Shown: positions 22,535-34,190 of the stretch, piece after piece
Layout: every line of letters starts with the position of its first letter
Position numbering within the stretch: position 1 is the stretch's first letter
Origin: Vitrella brassicaformis CCMP3155
Lineage: Eukaryota > Protista > Chromerida
Assembly: GCA_001179505.1 (NCBI GenBank)
Contig: CDMY01000364.1
Coordinates: forward strand, 35,868-99,867
Length of the DNA stretch: 64,000 bases
Direction of reading: 5' to 3'
The notes under the pieces: generated by a model
What the model was told of the DNA's origin: nothing
The model's database searches: none
The model's input: only the letters and a program-made list of their open reading frames with translations
Position numbers and translations under genes: made by a program

Positions 22535-23964
22535 CTATGTCTTCTCGGTTGTGGTGGGCGCGTTGAGCATCGGCTCCCCGTAATACTTCTGATACTCCTC
22601 CGCGTTCACTGACACCCAGGACACACAAGATACGTGTGAGTATTGGACCTGTGTGTGTGTGTGTGTGTGTGTGCTGGTACACAATAACCATGTGCAACCG
22701 TACTTTTGTTTTCGAGTGCGATGACGTCTTTGGCTTTGGCGACTTCGTCGGCCGGCAATGCATCCACCACATCGCCCAAACGATCCCTGACCACATACAC
22801 GCAGCATCACACAGCAGGCACACCAGCACATCCGTGTGTGTGTGACACATGCGCACGGTGTGCAGATGGATGGATGGATGGATGGATACCTGACGGTCTT
22901 GAGCGCTCTGGCGATGAAGTCTGGACGCCAAGACAAAGACGCACAGGTACAAGGCATTCGGTGCGCCAGGCAGCCACGCTTTGTTGCACTGACCTGTTTT
23001 GGTGCGGTCTATGTCGCCCACTTTCAGCGAATTCGCCCTCGGATCGAAATACTCGAGCAGCGTCGTCAAGGAATCGACCGCCTCGCCGCCGGCATTCCGC
23101 ACCTGACGTCGACGGACACGCGTACGTGCGCCAACGTGGTGTGTGGAGGTTTGTCGTGTGTGCACCTGTTGTTGTCTGTCTTGTGGGGCGTACAGCGCTA
23201 GGATCTGAATGTTCTCCTTCAGCCGATAGTTGTCCAACATGTAACTCACAGCCTGATCAGACACACAAACATTCATTCATTCATTCATGCACACCTCACT
23301 GTCCGGGTGTGTGTGTACCCGTACGTACCAGCTTGATGTTGGCTCTCTGTGCATCTCTGAATTTGCCGCTGCGAATCAGACGTTCCTCCTGATTCGTCGC
23401 TGCACACGCATCAAGCAGGCGCCCACACACAGACAGACGCACATGTGCATCTGCTTGTATGAGTCTGTTGGCAACGCACCTTCAATCACCCGCAGAATGC
23501 TCACAAGCGGCTTCTGAATGGGCGGCAGGCCAGTAGAGGAGTCCGCATAGGATGACGAGAGGGGCAAGAGCAGCCCAGCCATGATGCCCAGTGCCCACAT
23601 CCCTCCATCACCCAGGTTCTCTCTCCGTGTGTTTGTCACACTCATGTGCAAAGCAGATGGGCTCGGTTGCCTGTAGGCAGACACAGAGATAGATGCTTGT
23701 GTGTCTGTATGTGACGCAATTGTGGAGAGCTCACCTTGTCGATGGTCTTCGAAAGCTGGTCTGCGTCTGTGTCTGTGTGTGTCTGGAGAAGGGAGAAACC
23801 ACACAAACAGTCAATGTCTGTGTTCCCACATGCAACAGCATATGTGTGTGTGTACCGTTCTCTCCATCCATCTGTCCTCGACGGCAGCACAAAGCCGATC
23901 ACAGAGCAGCACAAGAGGTGAACAGTCAGCAGCAACAGGATGAAAGACGGCGGAAGATCTCTCA
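22535..23964 (-). CDS. Thylakoid-lumen-type helical protein, PsbQ-like (inferred)
   Basis: Signal peptide MRDLPPSFILLLLTVHLLCCSVIGF, a transit-like region, then a twin-Arg signal TRRE...WALGIMAGLLLPLSSSYA. Mature part ATNQEERLIRSGKFRDAQRANIKLAVSYMLDNYRL...SLTTLLEYFDP. The PsbQ-like label comes from recalled algal homologs. Confidence 0.65.
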
Positions 23965-24101
23965 TTCTTCTATGCCCGATGGTCATTTGCTTCACTGTGC
24001 AGACCCGAAAACAGCGAGAGGAAGGCAGAAAGGCGACTCGGAAGCGGCGCTGACGATCGCCGATACAGCTCGCAGTGATTGGAGAAAGCAAAAGCGAAAC
24101 G

Positions 24102-25772
24102 ATGGCAGCCATGCTCCTGTGTTTGCTTGTCGCGACCACATCTGTCGGTGTGCTTGGCTTCGTTCCGCCGTCTGTCACGCCAACCAGAGCAAAGCAAGGT
24201 GAGAGCACCGATAGATCCGCACGCAGACAGTCACTGCCACATAGCGCTTTCTTGTCTGCTGCTGCTTGTCAGGCATGTGGCCTTTGAGTGTCCCTCGGGC
24301 CTCTCGGCAGCCCGCCACATCTGCATCTCCATCGAGTGTCGTCGAAGACGCACTCGGCGTGGTGAATGGCGAAAGCAACATACGATACACGTGAGGCTCT
24401 CAACAGAGAGAGAGAGGGCAGCACACGTAGAAATCACCTTTCTTTTTGTGCGGTCAGTGACTACGTCGAGACTGCATCTTTCCCCCCTGAGAGCTCTGTG
24501 CTGTCCACTGCTGAGGTTTCTGAAGAGGTCGGCAGACCCCAAAAACACACACTGCTCCCTCTCAGAGATCCGAGTCATGTCATGTGATGTTGCTTGTGAT
24601 CGATGCAGTCAGCAGCACCCGCGGCACCGAAGAGGCGGCGGCCATTGTCCAAGGATCCGCAGCTGATTGTGGAGGGGGACTCGACACAAGTGACGCCATA
24701 CCAGCAGCTCGTCACCTACGGTACTCTGGCTCTCGCACTGGCCGCTATCGCACAAGTGAGAAAGAAAGAAGGACACACGCAGACGGCAGCTGTATTGTGT
24801 GTGGGCGATGGTGTGTTCAGGCATTGGTGTCTGATGCTTCCAATCCTGCGCTGATGTCGCTGATGGTGCCTTTCGCATTGCTGTTCGGTGACCTCTTCAG
24901 CGGAGTCTTCCACTGGTATGAGCGCGTCCACCTTTTATTCTTTTGCGGTGTTGGACATATTCCATTGATGTCGGTGTGTGTCTGTCTGTGTGCATCAGGG
25001 CTGTTGACAACTACGGCAACAAGAACACTCCCGTGTTCGGCAGTGTGATAGAGGGCTTTCAGGGACACCACAAGTACCCATGGACCATCACATACCGGTG
25101 AGCATGGACACAGAGGGGCGAGAGAAAGATACCATCTGCTTTGCGGGATGTGTGTGTGATGCAGTCCGTTTGCGAACAACGTGTACAAGATCTGTTATGG
25201 TGTACTGCTCATCATGGCCACCACATTCATCCTGCAGGCACCACCTGGTACCCTCACACACGCACACACGTGCCGTTTCATGGATGATCTTTTTGCTGCG
25301 TGCGTGTGTGTGTCCATATCGTCAGCTGTCCGTGTGTTCATGACGGTGTTTGGGTTGTCCCAAGTGATGGCTCAGGAGTTCCATAAGTACAGCCACATGA
25401 CCAAACCACCCATCATCGTCCAAAGGTGCGAACGTCCTCACCGGAATACACTCGTGGGCTCACACATCCATGTGTGTGTGTTGTCGATGATTGCAGGTTG
25501 CAGGGCATGGGGCTGATGCTGCCAAGGAAAGAGCACGGGCTCCACCACTCAGAGCCTTTCGAAGGTCAGCCATGAACATGACTACACACAAGCATGTCAG
25601 TACATGTATGTGGTGTCGTGTGGTGTGATGTGTGCAGGTCACTATTCAATTTTGTTTGGGTGGTTCAACCCGCTGCTCGACCACTCACAGGTCTTCAGGC
25701 TGATGGAGAGGGCCATCTACAAGTGGAACGGTCAGTTACCACACAGGCGCGTTCCCATCCATCGCACACACG

Positions 25773-25819
<47 letters not shown>

Positions 25820-25919
25820 TGTATCTTATCTACCAGGTCACATGCCGAATAGCTGGAAACTCGACGAGAGGCTGAGACAGGAGCAGGTTGACATGATCGA
25901 GGGCTCACAGAGGACATGA
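24102..25919 (+). CDS. FAD4/TMEM189(Kua)/CarF-family lipid desaturase with plastid-type leader
   Basis: Leader MAAMLLCLLVATTSVGVLGFVPP. His motifs DLFSGVFHWAVDNYG, FQGHHKYPW, QEFHKYSH and EHGLHH, plus HYSILFGWFNPLLD, spread over GT-AG exons. Confidence 0.9.
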
Positions 25920-27142
25920 CGTGCCGTCCCGTGTGATGTGTGTGTGTGTTGGTGGTCGGGGGGCGGGGCTGAGTGTACAGCGATTTTCCACCATCCCGTC
26001 TGTCAGTTGACGTGTACATAGAGACGTGGGATCAGGGAGGTTGGCATGAGTGTTCAGTGTTGAGTGTTGATACTTGGCTGGATGCATTGCCCTTGCAATC
26101 AGTCAGTCTGTGTGGGGAGCGATTGTAGTGGACCTCGACGCTCAAACGCAGTGGAGTGACGGCCCTTCTGCCTGTGATCAGCGGCAGGCAGAGAGAACGT
26201 CGCTTGAGCGCGTTTGAGCGCCGAGAGGACACCAGAAACACTACCCCTTGTCCGGATAACTCTCACTATCGTTTTGTCATCGAGAGAGACAGTTTTGTCA
26301 CCCGCTCTCACCATTTTGACTTCCGCATGCGCACAATCGTGTGAGTGTCGATAGAAAGAGCCGACCGACCAAGTGCGTGTATGGGTTCTCTTGGCACTAC
26401 GATCAGCTTGGTGGACGTCTTCTCTGCCTGTGATTGACAGCAGGCATGAAATCCGTCTGTCGAGGGGATCTGAGCACCGAGAGAGCACCAGACACGCACA
26501 TGCACACACCAGTGTATGTCTGAAGAGAGAGTTTTGTCTTGACACCGTTCTGCCTCGCTGTCGAATACAATGGCCTTGCCTCTCCGCTCGCCTGTCTTTC
26601 ATGCATTCACACCGGTCTTGCCTTCATTACTTGACAGGTTTCTCGGTGTCTGCGATATCGATGTGTGTTTTTCGGTGTGCTGCTGTGACTGCAGTGAGTG
26701 GACAGCCAGCCTGTTGGTTGACGGTGCTGATCACGTGAATCATGCTCAGTAAGAGTGGGTCAGAAGGGAAGGACGCGTTCATTGGCAGAGCACACATAGT
26801 TTTCGCGCACCGCACGTCCACACCATGAGACAGCACAACACACCGCTCACATGCTGAATCGACTACTACAGGGACACATACACACACACGCGAACGAGGA
26901 CAAGACAGCCACAGAGCCATAGATGCCACAGACGGACCACGCACACACAGGAGGCATAGTATGCGCCTACGTGTATGTGTCCTCACACCAAGACATAAAA
27001 AACACTTAGACTCTCTGGCACACAGGCCGCCATGGACAGCACACTCACTCCTTCACTCAGCACCGGGGCAGACACTCACCCAGGCACACATGAGTGTGAC
27101 GAACACAGCCGCCCCCACATGTGTGTCTGTGTGCACTCTCTC

Positions 27143-28829
27143 CTACTCTATGCTGATCAGCCGCAGCTGAACGTAGCGGCCATATCCGGCTGGTAAAATA
27201 ATTTGCCTGACCTCCCCCTCACTCATCGACAGCACCGCCTCACGCAGCCACCCATACAGACCAGACACACGACCCACCCGCCCACGGTCATCGTAGTATT
27301 TGTCCTGGCCGTCGAATGCATCACACCACGTTATCCAGTCGTACTTGACGCGGTCGTTGTTGTAATTTGTCGGCACTCTGCCGGTGCCGTCCGTGACGAT
27401 GCGATACCGATTACCTAACGGGGTCACAGTGAAGCCATCACCGCTGCAAAAAGGACAAACAAGACAGATGGATGGCGAGGTCATCTTTCCTGCGCTGCTC
27501 TCCATCTGCAGACCTGATGACGCCGTACATGGCCGCGTTGACATCAAAGGCCCTCTGCGCCTGCTCGTCGGTCAGCTGCAGCGGCACACTCGCTTCTTTA
27601 GGTGAGGCGCCGTGTCGTTGACGGCGGTGGTGGTCGATCATTCGGCTCATGTGGTCGGGCGGCACGTCGTTAACGGAGCCGCCCCACCTGAAATGGTTGG
27701 CACACAGGACACGATGAGCACCCGTGTCTGATTTTCTTGTTGTTGGTTTTGTAATGTGATCTCATCACTCACACGGATGCACTGTTGCGCCGCTTGAGTG
27801 CCATATCCTCCGGCATCGCGTCGATGGTCGACTGACACGTCGAGAGGACTTCTCCACACACATCGACAGAGCGAACGGGGTCATCGCCGTCGATGGGCGC
27901 GAGGAATGAACTCACAGCCTGGCAATACAAACGACGAGCGAATGAATCCTCGGACGGTTTCCCTTTGTGAGTGCGTGTCGCTCACCTCTATTTCGGTCAT
28001 GAGCTGCTCGTATCGCATTTTCTCTGTGTGCAGCTCCCCTTCGAGTTGTCGGTTCTGGTCAGCATGGGCCTCGAGGACGTTGTTCAGTGCCACGATGAGA
28101 CCCCTGGCTGCGTCGGGGATGCCCTCTGCAGTCACTGATGGCTCCTTGCCGGCCGGCTGAGCGGTGTCGTCACTTGCGGGTGTCTTGTGGACGGGCGAGA
28201 GCAGCTTCTTGATCCAGAAGTCATGCAAACCTACATAAACACACAGACAGCTGAAAAGGTGTACACGCGCCCCGTCGTATGTGTCTGTGATCTGTGTGAA
28301 TACCTTTGTTTCCACGCTTGTCAGCCTCGGTCAGTAGGCGGGAGACCGAAGGCACACTTGCCCCGCCCTTTCGAGCGGCCTGCTGGACGGTCCTTGCCTC
28401 CAGGATGGCCGTGTGGATGGTGTTGAAGGCCTCCGAGTCCATGTTGAGGAACACCCGCTGCTTGTCGTCCTTGATGAATCGGTTGTCGAACTTGCCGGAG
28501 AAGAGCGCCGCCAGCAGAGTGCCCTCCACGCCCTCCCCTTGTGTCATGTGGTTGCGCATCACCCGCCGCTCCGTGCCGCCCACATTCAGCTGCAGCATGT
28601 CATTTGCCGACGCCGCCGGTGGGTCAGCGATGCAGTGGCTCTCCTTGAGCTGAGCCGTGCTCTCCCTTTCGACCGTGATTTGTTGCTTCAGTGGGTTGAG
28701 GCTCTCACAGAGGATGACGGCCGGTCTGTGGAAGCTGTCGAGGACGACACGCTCCGGACATTGGGCGGTCAGGCTGTCGCTGTCCACCACCGCCGGAATG
28801 GACCAGTCTGCGGCGATAGATCTGTCCAT
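27143..28829 (-). CDS. BTB + coiled coil + degenerate BTB + FKBP-like domain (copy 3; appears intact)
   Basis: MLQLNVGGTERRVMRNHMTQGEGVEGTLLAALFSGKFDNRF. Same exon layout as copies 1 and 2; the last two junctions are canonical and phase-compatible. Ends RYVQLRLISIE*. Confidence 0.85.
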
Positions 28830-29321
28830 TTCCCCTCCTCTGTGCCACCGTTGGGTCTGAACCGCACACAGACGTAAAGATGTGAACAGATCTAGGCCTT
28901 TGTCGGTGCCTCTCCGACTTCCCTGACCTTCGTTGCCCTTCGGGAGGTTTGCGGAGGTTTCGTTTGGTTGGTTATTGTGTTTAACGAGACTCGTGTCTGT
29001 AACCCCGAGGGGATCCTGTCCAGTTCACGCACTAAACTAGCAGCATGCACATGCATAGAAGCATGCACACGGCCTGTCTCCCCATCCCACCCACCCACCC
29101 ACCCACTCGACACGCACGTGCCACCCTACATTGATGGTTAGAAAATCGCTGTCGACAACGGTTGCAGGTATATGAGAATGACAGCCAGACATAGGCAAGA
29201 CACCCAGAGGCTAGTCAGAGAGCTCGACGTCGAGCGCCCACTGATCTAAGACATGCTGTTCGTACAGCAGCTCGTCGTCTTCCCCTGCCTGACTGTCTGG
29301 CAAGAATGGGTTGAGGGCAAG

Positions 29322-31550
29322 TCACTTAGTGCGTGTCGCCTGTGCTGACAGAAGAAAGTCGGCCGCTGCAGAAAGCACCGGCAGTTTGTCCGATTGCAGC
29401 GCACAATAAGTGAACACAATGGGATGTGACCTGCGCCACCGACGATAACTACAGGCATCAGGGGCAGTCACGCCATGCTGGGCGATAACTGTGTGGAGTG
29501 TGTCACGAGTAGAGCGATACAATGGACAGGATGCAAAAATATGAGACTCATCCTCAATGGGAGGGCGGGTGATTGATTGCCCAGTAAGGCTCACGGCAGA
29601 TACGAGCAAGTCAGTTCTGTGCGAGCAAAACGGGCAGAAGCTGCCCTCTTGCGGCCGGCCGAGGATGCGTCCATCCATGATGGCAGAAGGGTAGCAGCCC
29701 ACACAAAAAAGAAACAGAACACGGCGCTTACGAAACGGCAGTGACAGGTAGGAAGGAAAGCACGGCAACGGCTGAATGAGGCGATGGAGCCAGTCTTGCC
29801 CTTGCTGCACCACATGCATGTACGCAGCAGGCACATATGGCGCCATACACACAATCGAGTCAATGTCACATGGGCAGTCACGTAAGGGAGACGAAAAGGA
29901 ACGATGTAGGCGAAGAAATGCTACAAGAAAGGCATGGTTGAACAGAGAGGATGGCACGAACAGCTCCTTGCGTGCCTGAAAGAGGGCCCTACGAGTAACA
30001 GCTGTCTGACCACACGCATATGTGCGCCAAGGCAGTAAGGATATCGCCTCGGCGGAGAGAGAGAGGGGCGGAGGAAGTGAGGGAGTGTCACGCATATCAG
30101 GCAAGCGAGCACGATTCCATCGCTCCATCAAAATACGAGCAAACTCTGCCTTCGTGTGCGCCGTGATCATCTGCTTGGTATCGATAGCACTCAGCGGGCC
30201 AATCTGACTAATCCGAACACGCTGGCCCATGAAATCGAATGTGCGTGCAAACAGAGTGAATGTGTTGTGCTTTTGCATGTAGAAGTAAGCGTCGTTGCCC
30301 TGCATGCGCCGGAATGACGGACCAGACCGATATGCATGCTGTGCAACAGCAAAAGCCTTCTCTGCAAGGATGCCAGCTCTGCGATTGCGCAGGCGGATAT
30401 AGAAGGACAGCTGGCGATAACGCGCCTCGAAGAGCACTGAAAAGCGACCAAGCTCACACAGCAAGGCCTCAGTAGAGACACGACGAGTGACCCCATACAT
30501 GACAGCAAGTAGTGCCGATGCAGACGCTCAAGAGCATCACAGTTAGTGCCCGCCCACAGCTCACTACCGTACAGGTAGACAGGCGCCACTGTGGCATCAT
30601 ACAGGTGGAAGCGTGTTTGTAGGTCAAGGGCAGGAAGCTGCCTAAGGCGACGTCGATATACCGCTAGCGCAGCCACCCCTTTCTTGGCCATCATATCTAT
30701 GTGATGCTTCCACCCGCCCCTCTCATGAAATCATACACCCAGATAGCAGACCAACGGCACTCGTTCTAGTAGCCTATCTGGCGTCCCAAAGTAGAACTGT
30801 CTGTCTGCCTCACTCGATGGCACCCGATCAGGATGAAACACAACAATTTTGGTTTTGTCTAGGTGCACGTCCATGTGGTTGACGCGACACCACTGAAACA
30901 AACGATCCAAGCTAAGTTGAAGCCCAACAGCAGTAGTGTGCATGAGAGCGAGGTCATCAGCATACAGCAGGCAGAAGACGAGCACATCGAGTAAACGGAG
31001 AAGGTCAGGTGGAGATGCATGTCCGTCGCGAATGAAGCCAGGCAAATCATTAACAAAGAGGGAAAACAGCAAGGGGCCCAGAACATCGCCTTGCTTGACA
31101 CCATGCAGCTCATTGAAGACGCTAGAGAAGCCCTCATACCCGCCATCCACACAAGCCTCTACATTAGCATACAGGGCCTCGAGAGCCCGAACGACTCGCT
31201 CGCTAATGCCACTAGCACGTAACTTACACCACAGCAGGCTACGGTTGATCGAGTCGAACGCCTTGCGAAAATCGACAAAACAAACATACAGAGGGGAGTT
31301 AGCTCGCCTGGCCCGCTCGATGAGCGATGCCAAGACAAAGCACTGACCGATCGTGGAGTGGTTTGTGCGAAAACCTGCCTGCTCAGGGCATATTGTTGAC
31401 TGACGCAGCAGCTCTGACTGAAGCACATTACCATACAGCTTCATGAAGACGGGCAGCAAGTGAATCCCTCTATAATTGCCAGGGTCATCTAGGGGGCCTT
31501 TTTTACGGATGGGATGAATAAGATTGCGATCAAATGGCAGTGGGCAGGCA
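29322..31550 (-). mobile_element. 5'-truncated, decayed non-LTR retrotransposon (LINE): reverse transcriptase plus C-terminal Cys/His motif
   Basis: KKGPLDDPGNYRGIHLL, QAGFR, FVDFRKAFDSI, GVKQGDVLGPLLF, YADD, YLGV. In-frame TGA at 30731-30733, frameshift at ~30500, C-terminal CPFC...EDESHIFASCPLY. No endonuclease domain. Confidence 0.95.
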
Positions 31551-31556
31551 GTTTCT

Positions 31557-31576
31557 GGGTTTGGGTTTCAGGGTTT
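31557..31576. repeat. Telomere-like tract gggtttgggtttcagggttt
   Basis: Lies directly at the point where LINE homology ends and ~45 nt upstream of the ATG at 31620. Confidence 0.45.
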
Positions 31577-31619
31577 GTTCTTGAGCTTGCAAAGAGTCGG
31601 GGAAACCGATGACAAGGAA

Positions 31620-33072
31620 ATGGGTGCTAACGCGAGCAGAAGGAGCAACGACGAGCACTGGCCATCCATCCGTGGCCAGCAGCCGGACTTCATCCATCGA
31701 GAAGAGCGGGATAGGCTGCACAAGCTCAAGGACTTGGGCGTCCTCAGATCCACCGCCCTCTTCCTATCGCAGGTCGACTTCGAGACCGACGTGCTGCGCC
31801 GCCGCCTCGCCCGCGGCCTTCACGAAACGACACTCGCCGACGGGACGCCGCTGGATGCCGTGGTGACGTTCGATGACGCGCAGCTGGAGGACCAGCTGCT
31901 GCTGCAGGTACACAGAAGGAAGACACAGATGGCATGGGGGATGGGCGCCACGCTCCACTGTCTGTGTGTCACTGCAGGCCACGTACCTGGTTGAGGATCA
32001 GAGTTGGGACGAGGTGGCCGACGCGCTGCGGCTGGCCCATCAGGTCACCCACTGTGAGCTGCCGGTCATCGTCACACAGCAAGATCTCGAGAAACACCGT
32101 AGCAAACAGGTCGGTGGGCTGAAAGGGAAGGAAAGGGGATGGATGGGTGGCACTCATCTCTCCGTGTGTGCCACGTCAGGCGTATTTGGCTCAGCCGCGT
32201 GTGGTGGCGCTGTGGAAGATGCTCGGCCGCCACGTCGACTTTGGTGGCGAGCGGGGCAGATTTGAGCTGTTCGACCACGGCAATGGCGACCTGCGGGCCG
32301 TCAAGGACGAGCCCGAGTGCCGCCTCAATCTGACCCCCCTGCCCCCCGCCCACCACTACCACCCACACGCAAGCCCCCACAACACCCCCGTCAGACACCA
32401 CATCGTCGGTTACAACGAAGACGGCTGGGACACTGATGATGGCCCTGTGATCATCGAGGCGTCATTTTCCTCCTTGTTGGTGAGCACCATCTTGCTGCCC
32501 AACTATGCCGACATGGATCTCACCGAGAAAGACATAGACCGGTCGGTCAGATGGCAAGGGGCACACCGATTGTTGTCGTCCCTGATTCTTCATTGGCTTG
32601 GCTGCGTGTGTCTGCAGCGATGCCCGTGGCGGCGTGTTGGTGGGTCTGCTCGATCAGTCGGTCCACCAGCCGGTTGAGGGCACCACGGCTGTCACGGCGT
32701 GGACCATTCACGACACACCACTCAAGTTCAAGCTCTTGCTGCTGACGCCATTCGACCACCCCTTCATCGCACTCATCGACATCCGAATCGACGACTCGAA
32801 GGATAGACGAGGCAAGTTAGGGATGGGGAAGTGTCACTCAGACAGACAACCCATTCATTCTCCTGTGCTGTGTCTCTGCAGTGTCTGTGAAGGTGTTGAC
32901 GACCGAGCCGCCAGCAGCGGGTGTGTCTGCTGATGCGCCCTTCAAGCAGCGCTTCCCCCGCACCACCGCCATGGCGCGCCCCGTCCTGGGCCCCATCGCA
33001 CCCATTGTGTTCGACGGCGAGGACCCCAATGAGGACGGCAACAACACACATGGCGGCGGCACAGGTGGGTGA
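31620..33072 (+). CDS. Hypothetical 5-exon protein of a lineage-specific family; possible N-myristoylation site
   Basis: Starts MGANAS. All four introns are phase-compatible, one with a GC donor (g|gcaagt at 32812). Ends VLTTEPPAAGVSADAPFKQRFPRTTAMARPVLGPIAPIVFDGEDP... Confidence 0.75.
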
Positions 33073-34190
33073 GAGGGAGTAGGGGTGAGGTGTGAGAATG
33101 TCATGCGCACATACGTGTTGATCGTCATGTGTGTGTGCATGTGTGGCAGGGTAGTTAGCTGTTAGTGGCGGTTAGGCGGCGGAACACTCTGGTGACGGAG
33201 GGAAAGGTGTGTAGGGGGTGGAGGGTGGGGGATGGGTTGGGTTGAGAGGCATGTGCATACGTCACTCACTGGTGGAGCTGATATGCACACACGTGATGGA
33301 TGGATGGATGGATGGACGTGCTGTGGTGACCTTGCGTTCCTGTGTGCATGTGAATGACTTCCGCGTCCATCCGTGTGTGCATCAAACGTCACACACAAAG
33401 CACTGCGGTGACTTGGTGGTCCACTAGTTAAATGATCACATATCACCCCGCAACACTGGTGCCGTCCCATGCAGTTGCTTGCGGCAGCATCGAAAGTCTC
33501 ACCACACGGATGCATGTATCCGGCTGGCATGGTGTGCAGAGAGTGAAGAGAGCAGGTGTGTCTGCGGCCGCACAGGGCACCGCGCAGCACACGTAGATGT
33601 GTGCTGGGCGTGACGTGCACGGCGGGTAACGGACCTGCCCACCTCCCAACCCTGCCACCACACCACAGCACACCACACCAAACCATCGCAGCCCTTCCGA
33701 GGCGAATCAGCTGAGCTGCGTTGCAGCTAAATGGGTGCGGTGCATTCACACACACACACCTGATGCAACCAACACAGCCACGCACTCGCCCACACACACA
33801 GAAATTGCCCAGATGGATGCAACATCTCCCTTCGGGAAGGCACATACACACACCTCGGGGACACAGAGCGATCGACCGACACAACAAAAACGCCATACAA
33901 CATACATAGATCCCCGCCGTCAAAACGAGTGAGTGCGCCGTCTTGAAAATCGCCCGCCCGCCTCGTCTACCAAGCACACTGCTGTGGGGCATGGCGTGTG
34001 GGCGCCTTGGCTCTACTTGAACCACTCATCCATCAACCACTCATCCATCATCAGCAGGTCAGCTCACAGCAGGGCATGAAATGTGAAGGGATAACGGATG
34101 TGTACATACTTACAGACAGGGAGGGGAGGGGAGGGAGACGGATGAGTCAGTCAGTCAGTCAGCTAGACAGCCAGCATAGGTAGATTCTAT

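Noticed and set aside
26138-26219. 11-bp inverted repeat (cgctcaaacgc / gcgtttgagcg) and a short imperfect repeat near 26160 and 26430, as a possible ncRNA or MITE
   Set aside because: Stem too short, no target-site duplication and no second copy in the window.
29100-29330. LINE 3' end with poly-A and target-site duplication
   Set aside because: No A-tail and no matching flanking duplication could be found.
33162-34025. 287-aa minus-strand ORF
   Set aside because: Composition is dominated by intron-like repeats, with no coherent exon chain or motif.
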